64,000 nucleotides of DNA. It comes from Octopus bimaculoides (taxonomy: Eukaryota). The translations under genes were made by a program, and so were the position numbers. Position 1 is the stretch's first letter; the number at the start of each line of letters is the position of its first letter. The stretch is taken from positions 82,095,949-82,159,948 of the forward strand of contig NC_068984.1 of assembly GCF_001194135.2 (NCBI RefSeq), written 5' to 3'. Below are positions 62,389 through 64,000 of this stretch, in pieces. The notes beneath the pieces are model-generated. The model was not told the DNA's origin and ran no database searches. It saw only the letters and a list, made by a program, of their open reading frames with translations.

Positions 62389-63667
62389 AGTTCTGTGCTG
62401 CATCTGAGAAAGTAACAGTTAGTTCATGATATATACGTACGTGTGTATGTATGTATGTATGTATGTGTGTATGTATGTATGTATGTATGTATGTATGTAT
62501 GTATGTGCGTGTACATGTGTGCGCGTATGCATCTGTGTACATGTGTATGCATGTGTGCATGCCTATACGCATGTATGTATATATGTATATATGTATGTAT
62601 GTGCGTATGCACGTATGTACTTATGGATGTACTTATGTTTATGTACTGATATGTGCGTCAGTTCAAGTTGTATACATGACTGTTACTTTCTATAGTTATT
62701 GCAGTCAGATGGTTCTCATCTTTTATCCATATCAACAAAGCTCCCAATACGGAATAAGTTCATGTGCCATGAGATTTCTCATTATATTTGAAGCTTTCTT
62801 GTTGTTTTTTCTTAAATTAACGACAGATCTGATGACAATAAATCGCAAATAACTCAAGATGGATTTGAGAATGGAGGCAGAATTTACGTCCTCAGAAATA
62901 ACGAAACAAATTGAAGATTTTTAATTCTATGCTCAAAATCTTACAGGGTACACTGTATACTGTATATATGATGTGACATATTTATGAACCTGTATTTTTT
63001 AACCCTTTTGCATTTGAACCAGCTTTATCTGGTTCAAATATTCTACCTGTTTTATGTTCAAACCGGTCAGATCCGGCCTTTCACACCTAACCTGCAATGC
63101 CATTCTAAAAATAAACAACCACATCGTCAAAATACGGAAGCTATTTGAAAGCAAAACAAAAATCTATTTGCAAACAAAATCTCGACGCCATTGAAAACAA
63201 TGAATATATAAGCTTTATATTTGACAGAGTAATCTAAATGCTAAAAAGTTAGGAAGTACAGTAAAAACTGGTTTCAAAAAGCAGTCATACTTTAATCACT
63301 TGCTTAACAGTGATCCGATTGCATTATCTTTGCTGTCGAACAGTGATTAACGATAAATTGTGACTAAAAACAACCTTCATTTCCGTAGATTGTGAACTCT
63401 TAGCTTATGACTAAATACACTCCTGCCACTGAGACTTTGACAACCCGGCAGTGAAAAAGAACAAGTGCACAGAAGGTGCATACTAAAGTTTAGTATATTC
63501 CTGTGAAGCACCCTAAACAATGAGAGTATGCAGTAGAGATACTGGAATGCAGTTAGGGGTAAACAAGTGCGCAGTACTAATTATATAGAGAGGCCGGACG
63601 GTAAAACTCTGAATGCATACAATTACCACAAGACAACGTCATTAAATCGCTGTGGTATAACAAGGGT

Positions 63668-63930
63668 GGAAATATCTAGGGGTATTGCAAGATGATAGGA
63701 TAATGGAAGGAGAAATGAGAGAGAAAGTCACTAAAGAGTACAAGAGGAGAATTAGGAGGGTGTTCGAAACAAGATTAAATAGAGGGAACATCATTAAAGC
63801 CATAAATACATGGGCTTATGCCCGTATTGAGATACTCTGTTCCCTTTCTGAAATGGACAAAGGTCGAGTTACAGAAGTTGGATAGAGGAACTAGAAAGCT
63901 GCTCATAATGTACAAACGCACTCCACTCTA
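63668..63930 (+). mobile_element. R4/Dong-like RT-thumb fragment
   Basis: WKYLGVLQDD...EKVTKEYKRRIRRVFETRLNRGNIIKAINTWA. Confidence 0.75.
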
Positions 63931-64000
63931 AAAGAAATACCGACACTCAAAAACAAACCCTTAGAATAAATCTGATAATGTTCGACAAAACTCAGTCAGA

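Overview
AT-rich, microsatellite-dense animal genomic DNA with 11 assembly gaps. The repeat content and gene style suggest a coleoid cephalopod, most likely Octopus (inference, not verified). I reconstructed three protein-coding genes by hand, all on the + strand. (1) The 3' part of a NEK1-like kinase gene: 9 phase-compatible exons, 1144-12962. (2) A complete 5-exon ribulose-phosphate 3-epimerase gene (RPE, 17338-25695, 231 aa). (3) A single-exon class B1 (secretin-family, CRF/DH44-receptor-like) GPCR, 58438-59655. It keeps an intact six-cysteine hormone-binding domain and seven TM helices but has lost most canonical activation motifs, and it is the most striking coding feature. The rest is mostly mobile DNA: several tRNA-derived SINE families, two RTE-type LINE families, R4/Dong-like fragments in (TAA)n tracts, mariner and Tigger/pogo elements, piggyBac-like MITEs, a cluster of fold-back palindromes (44.5-48.3 kb) and two minimal hammerhead-ribozyme-like motifs, one with a G3-C8 core swap. 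Most ORFs in the supplied track are microsatellite or N-gap artefacts. All family assignments come from recalled motifs, not database searches, and repeat boundaries are approximate.
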